IMG/VR virus record: IMGVR_UViG_2541047942_000002
Direction: 5' to 3' (one strand)
DNA from: a virus
Taxonomy: Duplodnaviria > Heunggongvirae > Uroviricota > Caudoviricetes
Length of the DNA: 39,163 bases
Shown here: positions 1-9,995 of the stretch, piece after piece
How positions within the stretch are numbered: the first letter of the stretch is position 1
How the letters are laid out: the number at the start of each line of letters is the position of its first letter
Notes under the pieces: generated by a model
What the model saw: only the letters and a program-made list of their open reading frames with translations
Database searches by the model: none
Told to the model about the DNA's origin: nothing
Program-made: the position numbers and the translations under genes

Positions 1-1638
1 CACTTTTACCTTCACGCCGTCGGTGACGGACTGAACCTCCACGCTGACCGGATTGCCACTTCCGTCAACCAGGCTTATCAGCGTGGTGGCGGAGGATGGC
101 AGCATGATTTCACGGTCGAGCGTCAGTGTCCGCGCCTGGCTGTTCACCGCCAGCACGCGCCCGCCGGTGCTGATACCCGCATAGTCATCATCGCAGATTT
201 CAATGACATCGCCCGGTACATGACGAAGCCCTTCTGCGCCCACGCTGAAGTCCACGGTCTGCGTTTCCAGCAGCTCCGTTTTAATCAGCCACAGCCCGGC
301 GCGGTGTGCCTGCCCCCGACTGGTACAGCCAAAGGCATCCATCTTCGTGACGTTACGACCGTAACGGGCAATGGCCTGCGTGTCCTCCACAAGCTCTGTC
401 GCCGTCTCCCAGCCGTTATCCGGGTCAATCCAGTTCACCTCAACGGCATTATGGCGGTCTTTCAGGGCGCTGAAGCTGTAGCGGAACGGCGCGCCATCAT
501 CCGGCATCACCACATTGCTGCGGTTATAGATCCACACCTTATCCGACGGTCGGTCCTGCACGAATGTCAGCGTCTGCCCGTTCCATACCGGCATACAGCG
601 CATCGCCGAGCAAAAATCACTGAGAACATCCCACGCCTTGCGCTGTGTGGTCAGGTAGGCATTACAGGTGATGCGCGGCTCCGTGCCACCAAAGCCATCC
701 GGCACCGACTGGTCGCAATTCTGGCCGATGACATACAGCGCCCATTTGTCCACATCCGCCGCACCGAGACGCTTCCCCATGCCGTAGCGCGGATGGGTCA
801 GCATATCCCACAGACACCAGGCCATGTTGTTGCTGTATGCTGGCTTAAACGTTCCGTCCCAGATACCGCTGTATTGCCGCGTCTGCGGGTTATAGTTCGA
901 CGGCACCTGCAGAATGCGCCCGCGAAGATGATAATTACGGCTCACCTGCTGGCTGCCGAACTGTTCCGAGTCCACCTGCACGCCGACCAGTGCCGTGTTC
1001 GGGTAGCACTGTTTCACATCGATGATTTCGGTGTATGACGACCAGAGCGTTTTGTTCTGCAGCTGGTCTGTGGTGCTGTCCGGCGTCATTCTGCGCATCC
1101 GGATATTAAACGGGCGCGGCGGCAGGTTATCCACCACCACCGAGGCCAGATACTGCGAGGTGGTTTTGCCCTTAATGGTGATGTCTTTTTCCGTCACCCA
1201 GCCACCATTACGCTGTATCTGAACCAGCAGGCGAACTTCCGACGGATTCCGGTCCCCCTTTGAGGTAGTTTCCACCAGTGCCTGCACACCGAAGGTAAAG
1301 CGCAGTCGGTCGATGTTTGCCGACGTGATGGCGCGGGTGATCGGCGTGTCGTATTTCACTTCCGTACCCAACACCGTCTCGGAGCCGGAGGATTCAAATC
1401 CCTCCGGCGGAGTCTGCTCCTGCTCACCAGCCCGGAACACCACCGTGACACCGGCGATGTTGGTATTCCCATCACTGTCCAGCACCGGCGTACTGTTCAG
1501 CAGCACGCTTTTTAATCCATCCACCGGACCTTCAATCGGCCCTTCACTGATGGCATCAATCACACTCAGCAACTGCGTGGACTTCAGGTTGTCCTTCGCT
1601 TCGCGCGGGGTATGCCCCTTACTGCTTCCTTTACCCAT
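1..1638 (-). CDS. J: host-specificity / tail tip protein J, N-terminal ~546 codons; gene continues beyond window start
   Basis: Minus-strand ATG at 1636-1638 translates to MGKGSSKGHTPREAKDNLKSTQLLSVIDAISEGPIEGPVDG..., recognisably lambda gpJ; no stop before the window edge, so it is missing from the ORF track; directly downstream of I as in lambda. Confidence 0.9.
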   Translation of the reverse strand, partial: MGKGSSKGHTPREAKDNLKSTQLLSVIDAISEGPIEGPVDGLKSVLLNSTPVLDSDGNTNIAGVTVVFRAGEQEQTPPEGFESSGSETVLGTEVKYDTPITRAITSANIDRLRFTFGVQALVETTSKGDRNPSEVRLLVQIQRNGGWVTEKDITIKGKTTSQYLASVVVDNLPPRPFNIRMRRMTPDSTTDQLQNKTLWSSYTEIIDVKQCYPNTALVGVQVDSEQFGSQQVSRNYHLRGRILQVPSNYNPQTRQYSGIWDGTFKPAYSNNMAWCLWDMLTHPRYGMGKRLGAADVDKWALYVIGQNCDQSVPDGFGGTEPRITCNAYLTTQRKAWDVLSDFCSAMRCMPVWNGQTLTFVQDRPSDKVWIYNRSNVVMPDDGAPFRYSFSALKDRHNAVEVNWIDPDNGWETATELVEDTQAIARYGRNVTKMDAFGCTSRGQAHRAGLWLIKTELLETQTVDFSVGAEGLRHVPGDVIEICDDDYAGISTGGRVLAVNSQARTLTLDREIMLPSSATTLISLVDGSGNPVSVEVQSVTDGVKVKV

Positions 1639-1698
1639 TCCTCACGCTCCATAAACGACAAAACCGCCCGCAGGCGGTTTCACATAAAACATTTTGCA

Positions 1699-2370
1699 TC
1701 AGCGACCAATCACCACAACCTGACCACCGTCCCCTTCGTCTGCCGTGCTGATCTCCTGAGAAACCACGCGTGACCCCACGCGCATTTCACCGTACAGAAC
1801 CGGCAGAACATTGCCCTGGGCAACCATGTTATCCAGTGAGGAGAAATAGGTGTTCTGTTTGCCGTTATCCGTTGTCTGTGTACGGGGAGTTCTGGCTTTC
1901 GGTGCCAGCATCTGCGCCACACCACCGAGCACCATACTGGCACCGAGAGAAAACAGGATGCCGGTCATACCACCGGCCCCAATGGCTGCCCCCCATGCTG
2001 CAAGGGTGGCTCCGGCGGTAAAGAATGATCCGGCAATGGCGGCAGCCCCCAGGACAATCTGGAATACGCCACCTGACTTGGCCCCGGCGACTCTGGGAAC
2101 AATATGAATCACAGCGCCATCAGGCAGAGTCTCATGTAACTGCGCCGTTAACCCGGACGTGCTGACGTCCCGCCCGGCAATCCGTACCTGATACCAGCCG
2201 TCGCTCAGTTTCTGACGAAACGCCGGGAGCTGTGTGGCCAGTGCCCGGATGGCTTCAGCCCCCGTTTTCACACGAAGGTCGATGCGGCGACCAAATCGTT
2301 GTAAATCCCCGTAAAGGCAGATGCGCGCCATGCCCGGTGACGCCAGAGGGAGTGTGTGCGTCGCTGCCAT
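1699..2370 (-). CDS. I: tail assembly protein I
   Basis: 223-aa ORF (MAATHTLPLASPGMARICLYGDLQRF...) matching lambda gpI in length and sequence; overlaps K 3' end as in lambda. Confidence 0.9.
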   Translation of the reverse strand: MAATHTLPLASPGMARICLYGDLQRFGRRIDLRVKTGAEAIRALATQLPAFRQKLSDGWYQVRIAGRDVSTSGLTAQLHETLPDGAVIHIVPRVAGAKSGGVFQIVLGAAAIAGSFFTAGATLAAWGAAIGAGGMTGILFSLGASMVLGGVAQMLAPKARTPRTQTTDNGKQNTYFSSLDNMVAQGNVLPVLYGEMRVGSRVVSQEISTADEGDGGQVVVIGR

Positions 2371-3011
2371 TTGTCGGTGTACCTCTCTCGTTTGCTCAGT
2401 TGTTCAGGAATATGGTGCAGCAGCTCGCCGTCGCCGCAGTAAATTGCGGCGTGATTCGGCACCGATGAACCAAAACAGCACAGCAGCACATCGCCCGGCT
2501 GTGCCGCTGACAACGGCACCTGATACAGCCCCGTCGCCTCCAGATTATCCAGATAGAGATTCTGGCCGTTACGCCACCAGTCATCCTCACGATGAAAGTC
2601 CGGCATCTCAATCCCCGCCAGATGATAAGCATCCCGGAACAGTGTGTAACAGTCCGTCACACCGTGCTCAAAGCGCCGCCCGGTGAGATGCGGCACACAG
2701 CGGAACTTATGAATCGTCCCCCGGCAGACCAGCCACCACGGCAAATCACTCTGCACCTGCAGCCGCCGGTCGGCCTCACTCAGCCAGGGCAGACCACCGG
2801 GGTGGCTGTGGACCAGCGCCACAATCTCACCCTGCATTTCTGCCTGCAGCCAGTCTTCCGGCGACATACGGAAATACGCCTCCGGCTCACCGGAGATATT
2901 CACGCAGGGGAAATATCTTTCCCCCTCCGGCGTGCTTACCACGAAGCCGCACGACTCCGCTGGCGCACATCGCCGGGCGTGCGCCAGAATCGCTGATTCT
3001 GTCTGTGTCAT
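2268..3011 (-). CDS. K: tail assembly protein K (NlpC/P60-JAB type)
   Basis: 247-aa ORF with ATG start at 3009-3011; HSHP motif typical of the JAB/MPN domain; synteny L-K-I. Confidence 0.85.
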   Translation of the reverse strand: MTQTESAILAHARRCAPAESCGFVVSTPEGERYFPCVNISGEPEAYFRMSPEDWLQAEMQGEIVALVHSHPGGLPWLSEADRRLQVQSDLPWWLVCRGTIHKFRCVPHLTGRRFEHGVTDCYTLFRDAYHLAGIEMPDFHREDDWWRNGQNLYLDNLEATGLYQVPLSAAQPGDVLLCCFGSSVPNHAAIYCGDGELLHHIPEQLSKRERYTDKWQRRTHSLWRHRAWRASAFTGIYNDLVAASTFV

Positions 3012-3016
3012 GGGAT

Positions 3017-3715
3017 TTACTGCGAAAGTTTGTTAATGGAAAGGAAGCCGCCAAAGTTGCCGACGTTATTGCGGAACTTACAACCGCTCAGGCATTTGCT
3101 GCATTTATCCTTCGTGATATCGGACGTTGGCTGGTCATATTCATCCGCGACAGCCGGACCGCTATAACCGCACTCGTCACCGCGATAGGTCCAGGTGCAG
3201 GTGTTGGCCAGCATGATACGTCCCGGAAAAACAGCGCCATCCGTTTCCGTCGGCGTGGACAGTACAAAAGAGGCACTCACCGCGCTCAGTTCGCTGCACT
3301 GCTCAATGCGCCAGCGGCTGATCACCTCCTGCTCCGGATCGGCGCCACTGTTTCCGTTGACGAAGTTCACCGCATCCAGAAAACGGGCGTAAACCTTACG
3401 CCGGACCACCGTTCCACCGACCAGACTCTGCAGATCTTCCGCCATCCCGGTGACCATACCGTACAGGTTAGAAACCGTCAGTGTGGGGCGCGTACTGGTG
3501 CCTTTGCCATTCAGTTCAAAACCACTCCCCTGAATGGGATACGGCTGATACTGTCGCCCCTGCCAGGTGACCGGCTCACCTTTTTCGTTCTGCTCATTAC
3601 AGAAAAAATAACGTTCTCCACCGACCTCTGTCAGGTCGATTTCCCAGAGCACCACGCTGGCCGACTGCTCCGCACGGGTGCATTCATTCAGTGTTTCCTG
3701 CCGGATATCCTGCAT
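3017..3715 (-). CDS. L: minor tail protein L
   Basis: 232-aa ORF (MQDIRQETLNECTRAEQSASVVLWEIDLTEVGG...), same length as lambda gpL, conserved Cys cluster near C-terminus. Confidence 0.9.
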   Translation of the reverse strand: MQDIRQETLNECTRAEQSASVVLWEIDLTEVGGERYFFCNEQNEKGEPVTWQGRQYQPYPIQGSGFELNGKGTSTRPTLTVSNLYGMVTGMAEDLQSLVGGTVVRRKVYARFLDAVNFVNGNSGADPEQEVISRWRIEQCSELSAVSASFVLSTPTETDGAVFPGRIMLANTCTWTYRGDECGYSGPAVADEYDQPTSDITKDKCSKCLSGCKFRNNVGNFGGFLSINKLSQ

Positions 3716-4044
3716 CAGTTCACCACCTGTTCAAACTCTGCGCTGAACTCAACACGCAGCATACTGACCCGCGACGACCATTTTGCGCAGGTCACCTTTA
3801 TCTGCCGCCACTCATAAGGCGGCGTCCACAGAAAGGCTTTCCAGCCCCCGTGCTCAGCCAGAAACGACTCCAGCGCCGTGGCCTCCCAACGGGGAACAGA
3901 AAGCGTCACGCTGTACGTTTTCAGGTCGGCATTCAGCCCGGCAGGCGCTCGCTGGGAATAGCCATCACCAAAGCGCACTTTCCTGACGGAAGGGGCCGAA
4001 GCCACATCCATACCGGGTTTCACTTTCCAGCGGAAGGTCTTCAT
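3715..4044 (-). CDS. M: minor tail protein M
   Basis: 109-aa ORF (MKTFRWKVKPGMDVASAPSVRKVRFGDGYSQ...), lambda gpM-like, overlapping H stop and L start. Confidence 0.9.
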   Translation of the reverse strand: MKTFRWKVKPGMDVASAPSVRKVRFGDGYSQRAPAGLNADLKTYSVTLSVPRWEATALESFLAEHGGWKAFLWTPPYEWRQIKVTCAKWSSRVSMLRVEFSAEFEQVVN

Positions 4045-6617
4045 CGTCCACCTCCGGAGAACAGACCACCATCGCGCATCTGTGCCTGAATTTCATCACG
4101 GGCACCCTTGCGGGCCATGTCATACACTGCCTTCATCATCTGTGGACCTGGCAGACCATTCGTACCGTCGTTCTGAATCACCACGTGATTGTTCTGATTA
4201 AAATTAATGCCTTCAGCCCGCCGCATCTGCGCCGGACTTCCGGCACCGCCCACATAACCACCTTCCGCATAGCCCCGCATCAGGCGGTACAGGTTGCCGA
4301 CACCAATTCGGCTGGTTGCCTCCTTCGTGAAGACAAATTCACCACGGTGAACAATCCCCGCTGGCTCATATTTGCCGCCGGTTCCCGTAAATCCTCCGGT
4401 TGCAAAATGGAATTTCGCCGCAGCGGCCTGAATGGCTGTACCGCCTGATGCGGATGCGCCACCAACAGCCCCGCCAATGGCGCTACCGATACTCCCGACA
4501 ATCCCCACCATTGCCTGCTTAAGCAGAATTTCTGTCATCATGGACAGCACGGAACGGGTGAAGCTGCGCCAGTTCTGCTCACTGCCGGTCAGCATCGCCG
4601 CCATATTCTGCGCAATACCATCAAAGGTCTGCGTGGCTGCACTTTTAACCTGCGACATACTGTCCGTGGCGCTCTCTTCCCACTCACTCCAGCCGGACCT
4701 GAGGCCTGCCATCCAGCTCCCGCGAAGCTGGTCTTCAGCCGCCCAGGTCTTTTTCTGCTCTGACATGACGTTATTCAGCGCCAGCGAATTATCGCCATAC
4801 TGTTCCTTCAGGCGCTGTTCTGTGGCTTCCCGCGCTGCCTGCCGGTCAGTAAGCCCCCGGTTTTTCGCCTCAATGGCTGCCCGTTTTGCCCGTTGTTGCT
4901 GTGCGAACTTATCCGCCTGCTGCGCCAGCGCGTTCAGGCGCTCCTGATACGTAACCTTGTCGCCAAGTGCAGCCAGCTGGCGTTTGTACTCCAGCGTCTC
5001 ATCTTTATGCGCCAGCAGGGATTTCTCCTGTGCGGACAGCTGGCGACGTTGCGCCGCCTCCTCCAGTACCGCGAACTGACTCTCCGCCTTCCACAAATCC
5101 CGGCGCTGCTGGCTGATTTTCTCATTTGCTCCGGCATGCTTCTCCAGCGTCCGGAGTTCAGCCTGAAGCGTCAGCAGGGCAGCATGAGCACTGTCTTCCT
5201 GACGATCGCCCGCAGACACTTTCACGCCGGACTGTTTCGGCTTTTTCAGCGTCGCTTCATAATCCTTTTTCGCCGCCGCCATCAGCGTGTTGTAATCTGC
5301 CTGCAGGATTTTCCCGTCTTTCAGTGCCTTGTTCAGTTCTTCCTGACGGGCAGTATATTTCTCCAGCGGCGTCTGCAGGCGTTCGTAAGCCTTCTGCGCC
5401 TCTTCGGTATATTTCAGCCGTGATGCCTCAGACTCGGCCCAGTCCTTTGCTGCCATCTCTCTGGCCTTTTCAAGATCGGCCTGCAACGTGGCGGCTGAAA
5501 GCCCAAGTTGCGCATTCGCTCTGTCCTCCCATGCTCCCCGGAGATTGGCAAGAAATGCTGAGGTTTTACCGCGCCGGTGGCTTCGGCTCTGATACCACTG
5601 CCATTTTTTGTCCGCCTCATCAAAAGCCTTTTCTGCTTTCTCCAGCATTCCCTGGGCAGTGTCCGGGCGACCAATATCCAGCACCGAATCCCACATGGAT
5701 TTGAATGCCCGTGCTGTCCTGTCTGCCCAGGTCTCCAGCGTGCCCATGTTCTCTTTCAGGCGGCGGGTCTGGTCATCAAACCCTTTCGTTGCGGCCTCGT
5801 TCGCCGCCTGCAATGCCCCGGCTTCATCTCCGGAACGCTGCAACTGAGCAACATACGCAATCTGCTCCGCCGTCACGTTATGGAACTGACGTGCCATCGC
5901 TGTCAGTCCCGACGTCGGGTCTGTGGTCAGCTTCCCGAAGGCTTCAGCGACCTTGTCCACCTCCACGCCGGATGCAGAGGAGAAACGCGCCACACTCTGG
6001 CTGATCGCCTCAAACTGCTCACCACCACGCACACCGGCATTCACCAGCGCCGTCAGTGACTCGCTGGTCTGGTTAAACGTCAGCCCTGCCGCCTGCCCGG
6101 CTCTGGACAGGGCCAGAATACGATCTGCCGTCAGTCCCGCCTGATTGCCGGAAAGGACCAGCGTTTTGTTGAAATCGGACAGGGTTGAGTTGCCCTGATA
6201 CCAGGCATACGCCAGCGCACCGGTCGCCACCGCCAGCGAGGTGGCCCCCACCATCGGCAGGGTGATCGCACCGGCAAGCCCCCTGAACATGGGGATCATC
6301 CCGCCGAAGGAGTCCTTAACCTGACCACCCTGTTGCAGCAGGATCAGCCACGGACTTTGCCCGCCTGCAAGCTGCGTGGCCACGTCGGTGAACTGTGCAG
6401 GCAGCATACGCATGGCGGCTTTATACTGCCCGACGGAAATCCCCGCTTTCTGTGCAGCCAGCGCCTGTCGGCTCAGCGACTGTTCAACGACTGCCGCTGT
6501 TTTTTTCGCATCAGTTTCCGTACCGGAAAAATGACGCCTGACTCTGGCCATCTGCTCGTCAAATCTGGCCGCATCCAGACTTAAATCAACGACCAGATCG
6601 CCTACCGGTTCAGCCAT
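4041..6617 (-). CDS. H: tail tape measure protein H
   Basis: 858-aa ORF, coiled-coil-rich with Gly-rich C-terminal region; position between G/T and M; lambda gpH-like. Confidence 0.95.
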   Translation of the reverse strand: MAEPVGDLVVDLSLDAARFDEQMARVRRHFSGTETDAKKTAAVVEQSLSRQALAAQKAGISVGQYKAAMRMLPAQFTDVATQLAGGQSPWLILLQQGGQVKDSFGGMIPMFRGLAGAITLPMVGATSLAVATGALAYAWYQGNSTLSDFNKTLVLSGNQAGLTADRILALSRAGQAAGLTFNQTSESLTALVNAGVRGGEQFEAISQSVARFSSASGVEVDKVAEAFGKLTTDPTSGLTAMARQFHNVTAEQIAYVAQLQRSGDEAGALQAANEAATKGFDDQTRRLKENMGTLETWADRTARAFKSMWDSVLDIGRPDTAQGMLEKAEKAFDEADKKWQWYQSRSHRRGKTSAFLANLRGAWEDRANAQLGLSAATLQADLEKAREMAAKDWAESEASRLKYTEEAQKAYERLQTPLEKYTARQEELNKALKDGKILQADYNTLMAAAKKDYEATLKKPKQSGVKVSAGDRQEDSAHAALLTLQAELRTLEKHAGANEKISQQRRDLWKAESQFAVLEEAAQRRQLSAQEKSLLAHKDETLEYKRQLAALGDKVTYQERLNALAQQADKFAQQQRAKRAAIEAKNRGLTDRQAAREATEQRLKEQYGDNSLALNNVMSEQKKTWAAEDQLRGSWMAGLRSGWSEWEESATDSMSQVKSAATQTFDGIAQNMAAMLTGSEQNWRSFTRSVLSMMTEILLKQAMVGIVGSIGSAIGGAVGGASASGGTAIQAAAAKFHFATGGFTGTGGKYEPAGIVHRGEFVFTKEATSRIGVGNLYRLMRGYAEGGYVGGAGSPAQMRRAEGINFNQNNHVVIQNDGTNGLPGPQMMKAVYDMARKGARDEIQAQMRDGGLFSGGGR

Positions 6618-7044
6618 ACCGGACTCCTCCTGCGATCCCTTCTGATACTGTCATCAGCATTACGTCATCCTCCGTCATGTCCGCCACATCCGGGGAAGCG
6701 GGGATAACTTCATTCCCGTCCGGGCCAAAACGAACGCCTCCGGCAAGCCCTGCCGCTTTCTGCATCAGCACATCATCTTCAGTCTCTTCGTCAGCCTCGC
6801 GCCGGTTCAGCAGACTGAAATCCAGCGGATGCATATCCGGATCGCTGAAAAACAGGCTGAGCACGGTGTACGTCAGCCCGGAAAAGTGCATATCCAGCAG
6901 AACATCATGAAAATAATGGGTACTGTAAAAGCGGTGCCAGTCGGCATACTCCGTGGATGACATCCCGGCAAGCATGGCACGCCAGTCGGGTCGCCCCATC
7001 TCGCGCGCCAGTTTCAGGGCAAAACTCAGCTCACCGTCGAACAC
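6610..7044 (-). CDS. T: tail assembly chaperone T reading frame, expressed only as a G-T fusion by -1 programmed frameshift
   Basis: ORF in the -1 frame relative to G, beginning inside the GGGAAAG slippery heptamer (minus strand, plus coordinates 7044-7050); post-slip codons read GKVFDGELSFALK, matching the ORF-track protein. Confidence 0.8.
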   Translation of the reverse strand: MFDGELSFALKLAREMGRPDWRAMLAGMSSTEYADWHRFYSTHYFHDVLLDMHFSGLTYTVLSLFFSDPDMHPLDFSLLNRREADEETEDDVLMQKAAGLAGGVRFGPDGNEVIPASPDVADMTEDDVMLMTVSEGIAGGVRYG

Positions 7045-7448
7045 TTTCCCGCAGAAACAGGCTCTGCAGGCCCGGCGTCCTCTGCCTGTTCAGGGGCATC
7101 ATTCACCACAAACTCATACATACCGGACAGCCGGTACACCACGTTTTCAGCATGAGAAATTGCCTCTGTAGGCCAGGTGGTAAGCACTTCCTGCTCAATC
7201 TGTTTAACGGCTTCATTCATGGAAGGCATCTGCGTCTTCTGCGGATGGTTATGCCACAGGGACATCGCCACCACACAAGCACCGGTTCTGATGGCGTCTT
7301 CCACAGTAAACTTCCGGTTGCTGTCTGACTCCGCCTGTTCTGCCTGCCGTTTCATCAGGGCGAGATGCTCAATACGCTGCAGGGCTGACAGTTCAGAAAG
7401 CGTGACGGTCACACCGTTATGTTCAAATGATTCGGTTTTCAGGAACAT
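7026..7448 (-). CDS. G: tail assembly chaperone G
   Basis: 140-aa ORF (MFLKTESFEHNGVTVTLSELSALQRIEHLALMKRQ...), lambda gpG-like; slippery site G GGA AAG near its 3' end. Confidence 0.9.
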   Translation of the reverse strand: MFLKTESFEHNGVTVTLSELSALQRIEHLALMKRQAEQAESDSNRKFTVEDAIRTGACVVAMSLWHNHPQKTQMPSMNEAVKQIEQEVLTTWPTEAISHAENVVYRLSGMYEFVVNDAPEQAEDAGPAEPVSAGKCSTVS

Positions 7449-7463
7449 CGCTGACTCTCCGGA

Positions 7464-8204
7464 TTAACTGGCGGTGACGTTGATTTCTGCAACCGCAGCA
7501 AGTTCACCATTACCGGATACGACCGGAATGTTGACCTTGCCTGCAGCAACACCTTTCACGGTGATGGTCATACCACTGACCGACACGGTGGCTTTTGTTT
7601 TATCCGCTGACACCGCACGGAAGCTCTTGTCGGTTGCGCCTTCCGGCTGGAATGCCACGGTCAGCGTGGTGCTCTGCCCTTTCACCACCGAGGTGCTGGC
7701 AGGCGTCACGGTCATGCCGGTTGCTGCTGTGACCGTGCTGCGATCTTCTGCCATCGACGGACGGCCCACATTGGTGACCTTCACCGTGCGGGTGATCACT
7801 TCCTTCGCCGTCACCGCCTTACCGATACTGCTGACCCAGCCGCGGAACACATCGACCGTGCCATTCGGGAAGCGGATTTTATAGGCTCGGGTATCCCCTT
7901 CATTAAACCACGCCAGCAGCGCCTGCTGCCCCTGCTCTCCGGGCATCCACGCCAGCGTGAAGCTGGTATCTCCGGCAGATTTCTGCCCCTGCCCGGTCGC
8001 AGTCCAGTCCGCATCTTCATCATCGAGATAGCTGTCGTCATAGGACTCAGCGGTCAGTTCGCCGGGCGTCAGGTCTTTAACTTTAGCCAGACGCGACCAG
8101 TCAACGTCTGAAAGCGGGTTCGCATAAGGGTCACCGTTCCCCTTATAAACCCACAGTGTGGTCCCGGCCCCTTTCACCGGCATTACTGGATTTGGTACAG
8201 GCAT
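7464..8204 (-). CDS. V: major tail tube protein V
   Basis: ORF-track protein trimmed to internal ATG (8202-8204) giving [22 protein letters not shown]..., preceded by GAGGA; lambda gpV-like with C-terminal Ig-like region. Confidence 0.9.
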   Translation of the reverse strand: MPVPNPVMPVKGAGTTLWVYKGNGDPYANPLSDVDWSRLAKVKDLTPGELTAESYDDSYLDDEDADWTATGQGQKSAGDTSFTLAWMPGEQGQQALLAWFNEGDTRAYKIRFPNGTVDVFRGWVSSIGKAVTAKEVITRTVKVTNVGRPSMAEDRSTVTAATGMTVTPASTSVVKGQSTTLTVAFQPEGATDKSFRAVSADKTKATVSVSGMTITVKGVAAGKVNIPVVSGNGELAAVAEINVTAS

Positions 8205-8211
8205 AGCGTCC

Positions 8212-8607
8212 TCACATTTCATAGGTAATGACATAAGTCAGATCGGCTGAACTCCACAGGCCCGCATCATCGTCGCGCCGGTAGTCATAGCCGCTGGCCA
8301 CCATACTGGTGATCAAATCTGACAGTGCCGGGATATCGCTCATCACCGGATAAATCCGGGACTCCATCCACGAATCCAGCTCTGAATCCGGCACCTGAGC
8401 AGGCAGGAAAACTTCAATATGCAGCTCCGCCTGCCAGGTATCGCTGTCCAGCTCTTCGCCCGTGTATTCAGCGCCGGTGAGATAAACGGCAATTGCCGGA
8501 AAATCCGCCTCATCAAAAACAGCGGGGCGACCATCAAAAAGCGTCGCCCCGGTGTCATGCTTCTCCAGTGCATCCAGTACGGCTGCACGGAGTTCAGTAT
8601 GTTTCAT
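8212..8607 (-). CDS. U: tail terminator protein U
   Basis: 131-aa ORF ([21 protein letters not shown]...); its ATG overlaps the Z stop (ATGA). Confidence 0.9.
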   Translation of the reverse strand: MKHTELRAAVLDALEKHDTGATLFDGRPAVFDEADFPAIAVYLTGAEYTGEELDSDTWQAELHIEVFLPAQVPDSELDSWMESRIYPVMSDIPALSDLITSMVASGYDYRRDDDAGLWSSADLTYVITYEM

Positions 8608-9182
8608 CGCTTTATTACCATTCTCAGTTGATGCTGCAGCGCATAGCCCAGCTCTTTCGGAAGACGTTCACGCCGTATCCGTTCAATATTCTGTTTAAAC
8701 GCCGTGGTCAGCGGCACCGCCATCGGGATTTTCACCACATCAATGGGGTAACGGTTTTTCCCGGCCACACGCTGCATGACATGCCACCGGCCATTTTTCA
8801 GTTGCTGAATAAACGCGCCGGGAATACGACGGTTTCCCACCACAAGCACGCTGCCGCCACCTTTCAGGGCTGAACGCTGCCCCTTTTTACGACGTCTGCG
8901 GCGGGAAAGGACAACCCGCGCGTTACCCAGCCTGATTACGGGCAAATCCCCCCGGTTAACCCTGATTCTGGCCTGCGGATTTTTGACCGTGGCCCTTTTC
9001 AGCCTGGCCCTTTCCTTTACCAGTTTCCGGCGTACCTTTGTCTCACGGGCAACCTGTGCCACCGACTGCGATATCGCGGATGAAGCAACGCGGTTAATGG
9101 CCATTGCGGCGGCACCGGGCACCGCCGTTCTGCTGATACGGCTGAGGTTTTCAACGGCCTGCTCAAGACCTTTTATGGCCAT
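8604..9182 (-). CDS. Z: tail completion protein Z
   Basis: 192-aa ORF (MAIKGLEQAVENLSRISRTAVPGAAAMAINR...), lambda gpZ-like, with RRRRRKKGQR basic stretch. Confidence 0.9.
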   Translation of the reverse strand: MAIKGLEQAVENLSRISRTAVPGAAAMAINRVASSAISQSVAQVARETKVRRKLVKERARLKRATVKNPQARIRVNRGDLPVIRLGNARVVLSRRRRRKKGQRSALKGGGSVLVVGNRRIPGAFIQQLKNGRWHVMQRVAGKNRYPIDVVKIPMAVPLTTAFKQNIERIRRERLPKELGYALQHQLRMVIKR

Positions 9183-9193
9183 ACATCCCCCTT

Positions 9194-9547
9194 TCAGCGG
9201 CGACGGTTAACGGCAGGCGGTACGCCCCGCCCAAGCCAGAGATGACAGCTTCCGCCATCATCCGGCGAAATCCGGTCTATCCAGAAGTTTTCCTCACCGA
9301 TGGTCAGCGTGTCGCCGCGCCGCAGCTGCCGCACATCATCAGTCTGGACAAACAGGGACGGGCTGGAGCCTTCAACGCGCACGCCCTGTCCGGCATAGCT
9401 GATATTTTCAGGGTCATCAAAAACACCACGTATCACAGCACCGGACTGCTCACCGGATGTCATGGTGGCTGACGTTCCCATGTACCCGCGTATCGTTTCA
9501 TCGGCGCAGGCAATGGCAGCATCGAACAGGTTATCGAAATCAGCCAC
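9194..9547 (-). CDS. FII: head-tail joining protein FII
   Basis: 117-aa ORF (MADFDNLFDAAIACADETIRGYMGTSA...), lambda gpFII-like. Confidence 0.9.
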   Translation of the reverse strand: MADFDNLFDAAIACADETIRGYMGTSATMTSGEQSGAVIRGVFDDPENISYAGQGVRVEGSSPSLFVQTDDVRQLRRGDTLTIGEENFWIDRISPDDGGSCHLWLGRGVPPAVNRRR

Positions 9548-9558
9548 AGCGCCTCCCG

Positions 9559-9954
9559 TTATTGCATTCTGGCCAGGCCGCGCTCTGTCATTTCAGCTGC
9601 CACACCGGCAGAGACACGGAACGCCGTTCCCGGCAGCACAAATGCCACAGCCTCATCCCGCGTGGCGTGAAGTGCATCAGTATGCAGCGTCACCAGTGCC
9701 ACAACCGTGACCAGATCAGCCGTATCAGTCACGGTATCCGGCTGCGCTGATACAACCTCATTTTCATGTCCGGTCAGCACATTTTCCGGGCTGAGAGGGG
9801 TATCCTGACCGGCAGTGTCGCCCGTGTCATCAAGCTCTTCTTCCAGCTCTGCCACACGGAGCGCCAGTTCTTCTTTCGTCCCCGTCAGGCTGATATCACG
9901 GTTCAGTTGTTCACCCAGCGAGCGGAGACGGGCAATCAGTTCATCTTTCGTCAT
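9559..9954 (-). CDS. FI: DNA packaging / head completion protein FI
   Basis: ORF trimmed to ATG at 9952-9954 (MTKDELIARLRSLGEQLNRD...), preceded by GGAGGA; lambda gpFI-like. Confidence 0.85.
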   Translation of the reverse strand: MTKDELIARLRSLGEQLNRDISLTGTKEELALRVAELEEELDDTGDTAGQDTPLSPENVLTGHENEVVSAQPDTVTDTADLVTVVALVTLHTDALHATRDEAVAFVLPGTAFRVSAGVAAEMTERGLARMQ

Positions 9955-9995
9955 GGACTCCTCCACAGAGAAACAATGGCCCCGAAGGGCCATGA

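Noticed and set aside
220-1654. Plus-strand ORFs of 272, 66 and 113 aa (220-1038, 1022-1222, 1313-1654)
   Set aside because: They lie antisense to the J coding sequence, which translates cleanly on the minus strand; products are Arg/His/Pro-rich with no RBS context, typical of shadow ORFs in GC-rich phage structural genes.
4185-6584. Multiple plus-strand ORFs (up to 192 aa) across the tape-measure gene
   Set aside because: All are antisense to H and low-complexity (Ser/Ala/Pro/Arg-rich); H itself is full length and lambda-like.
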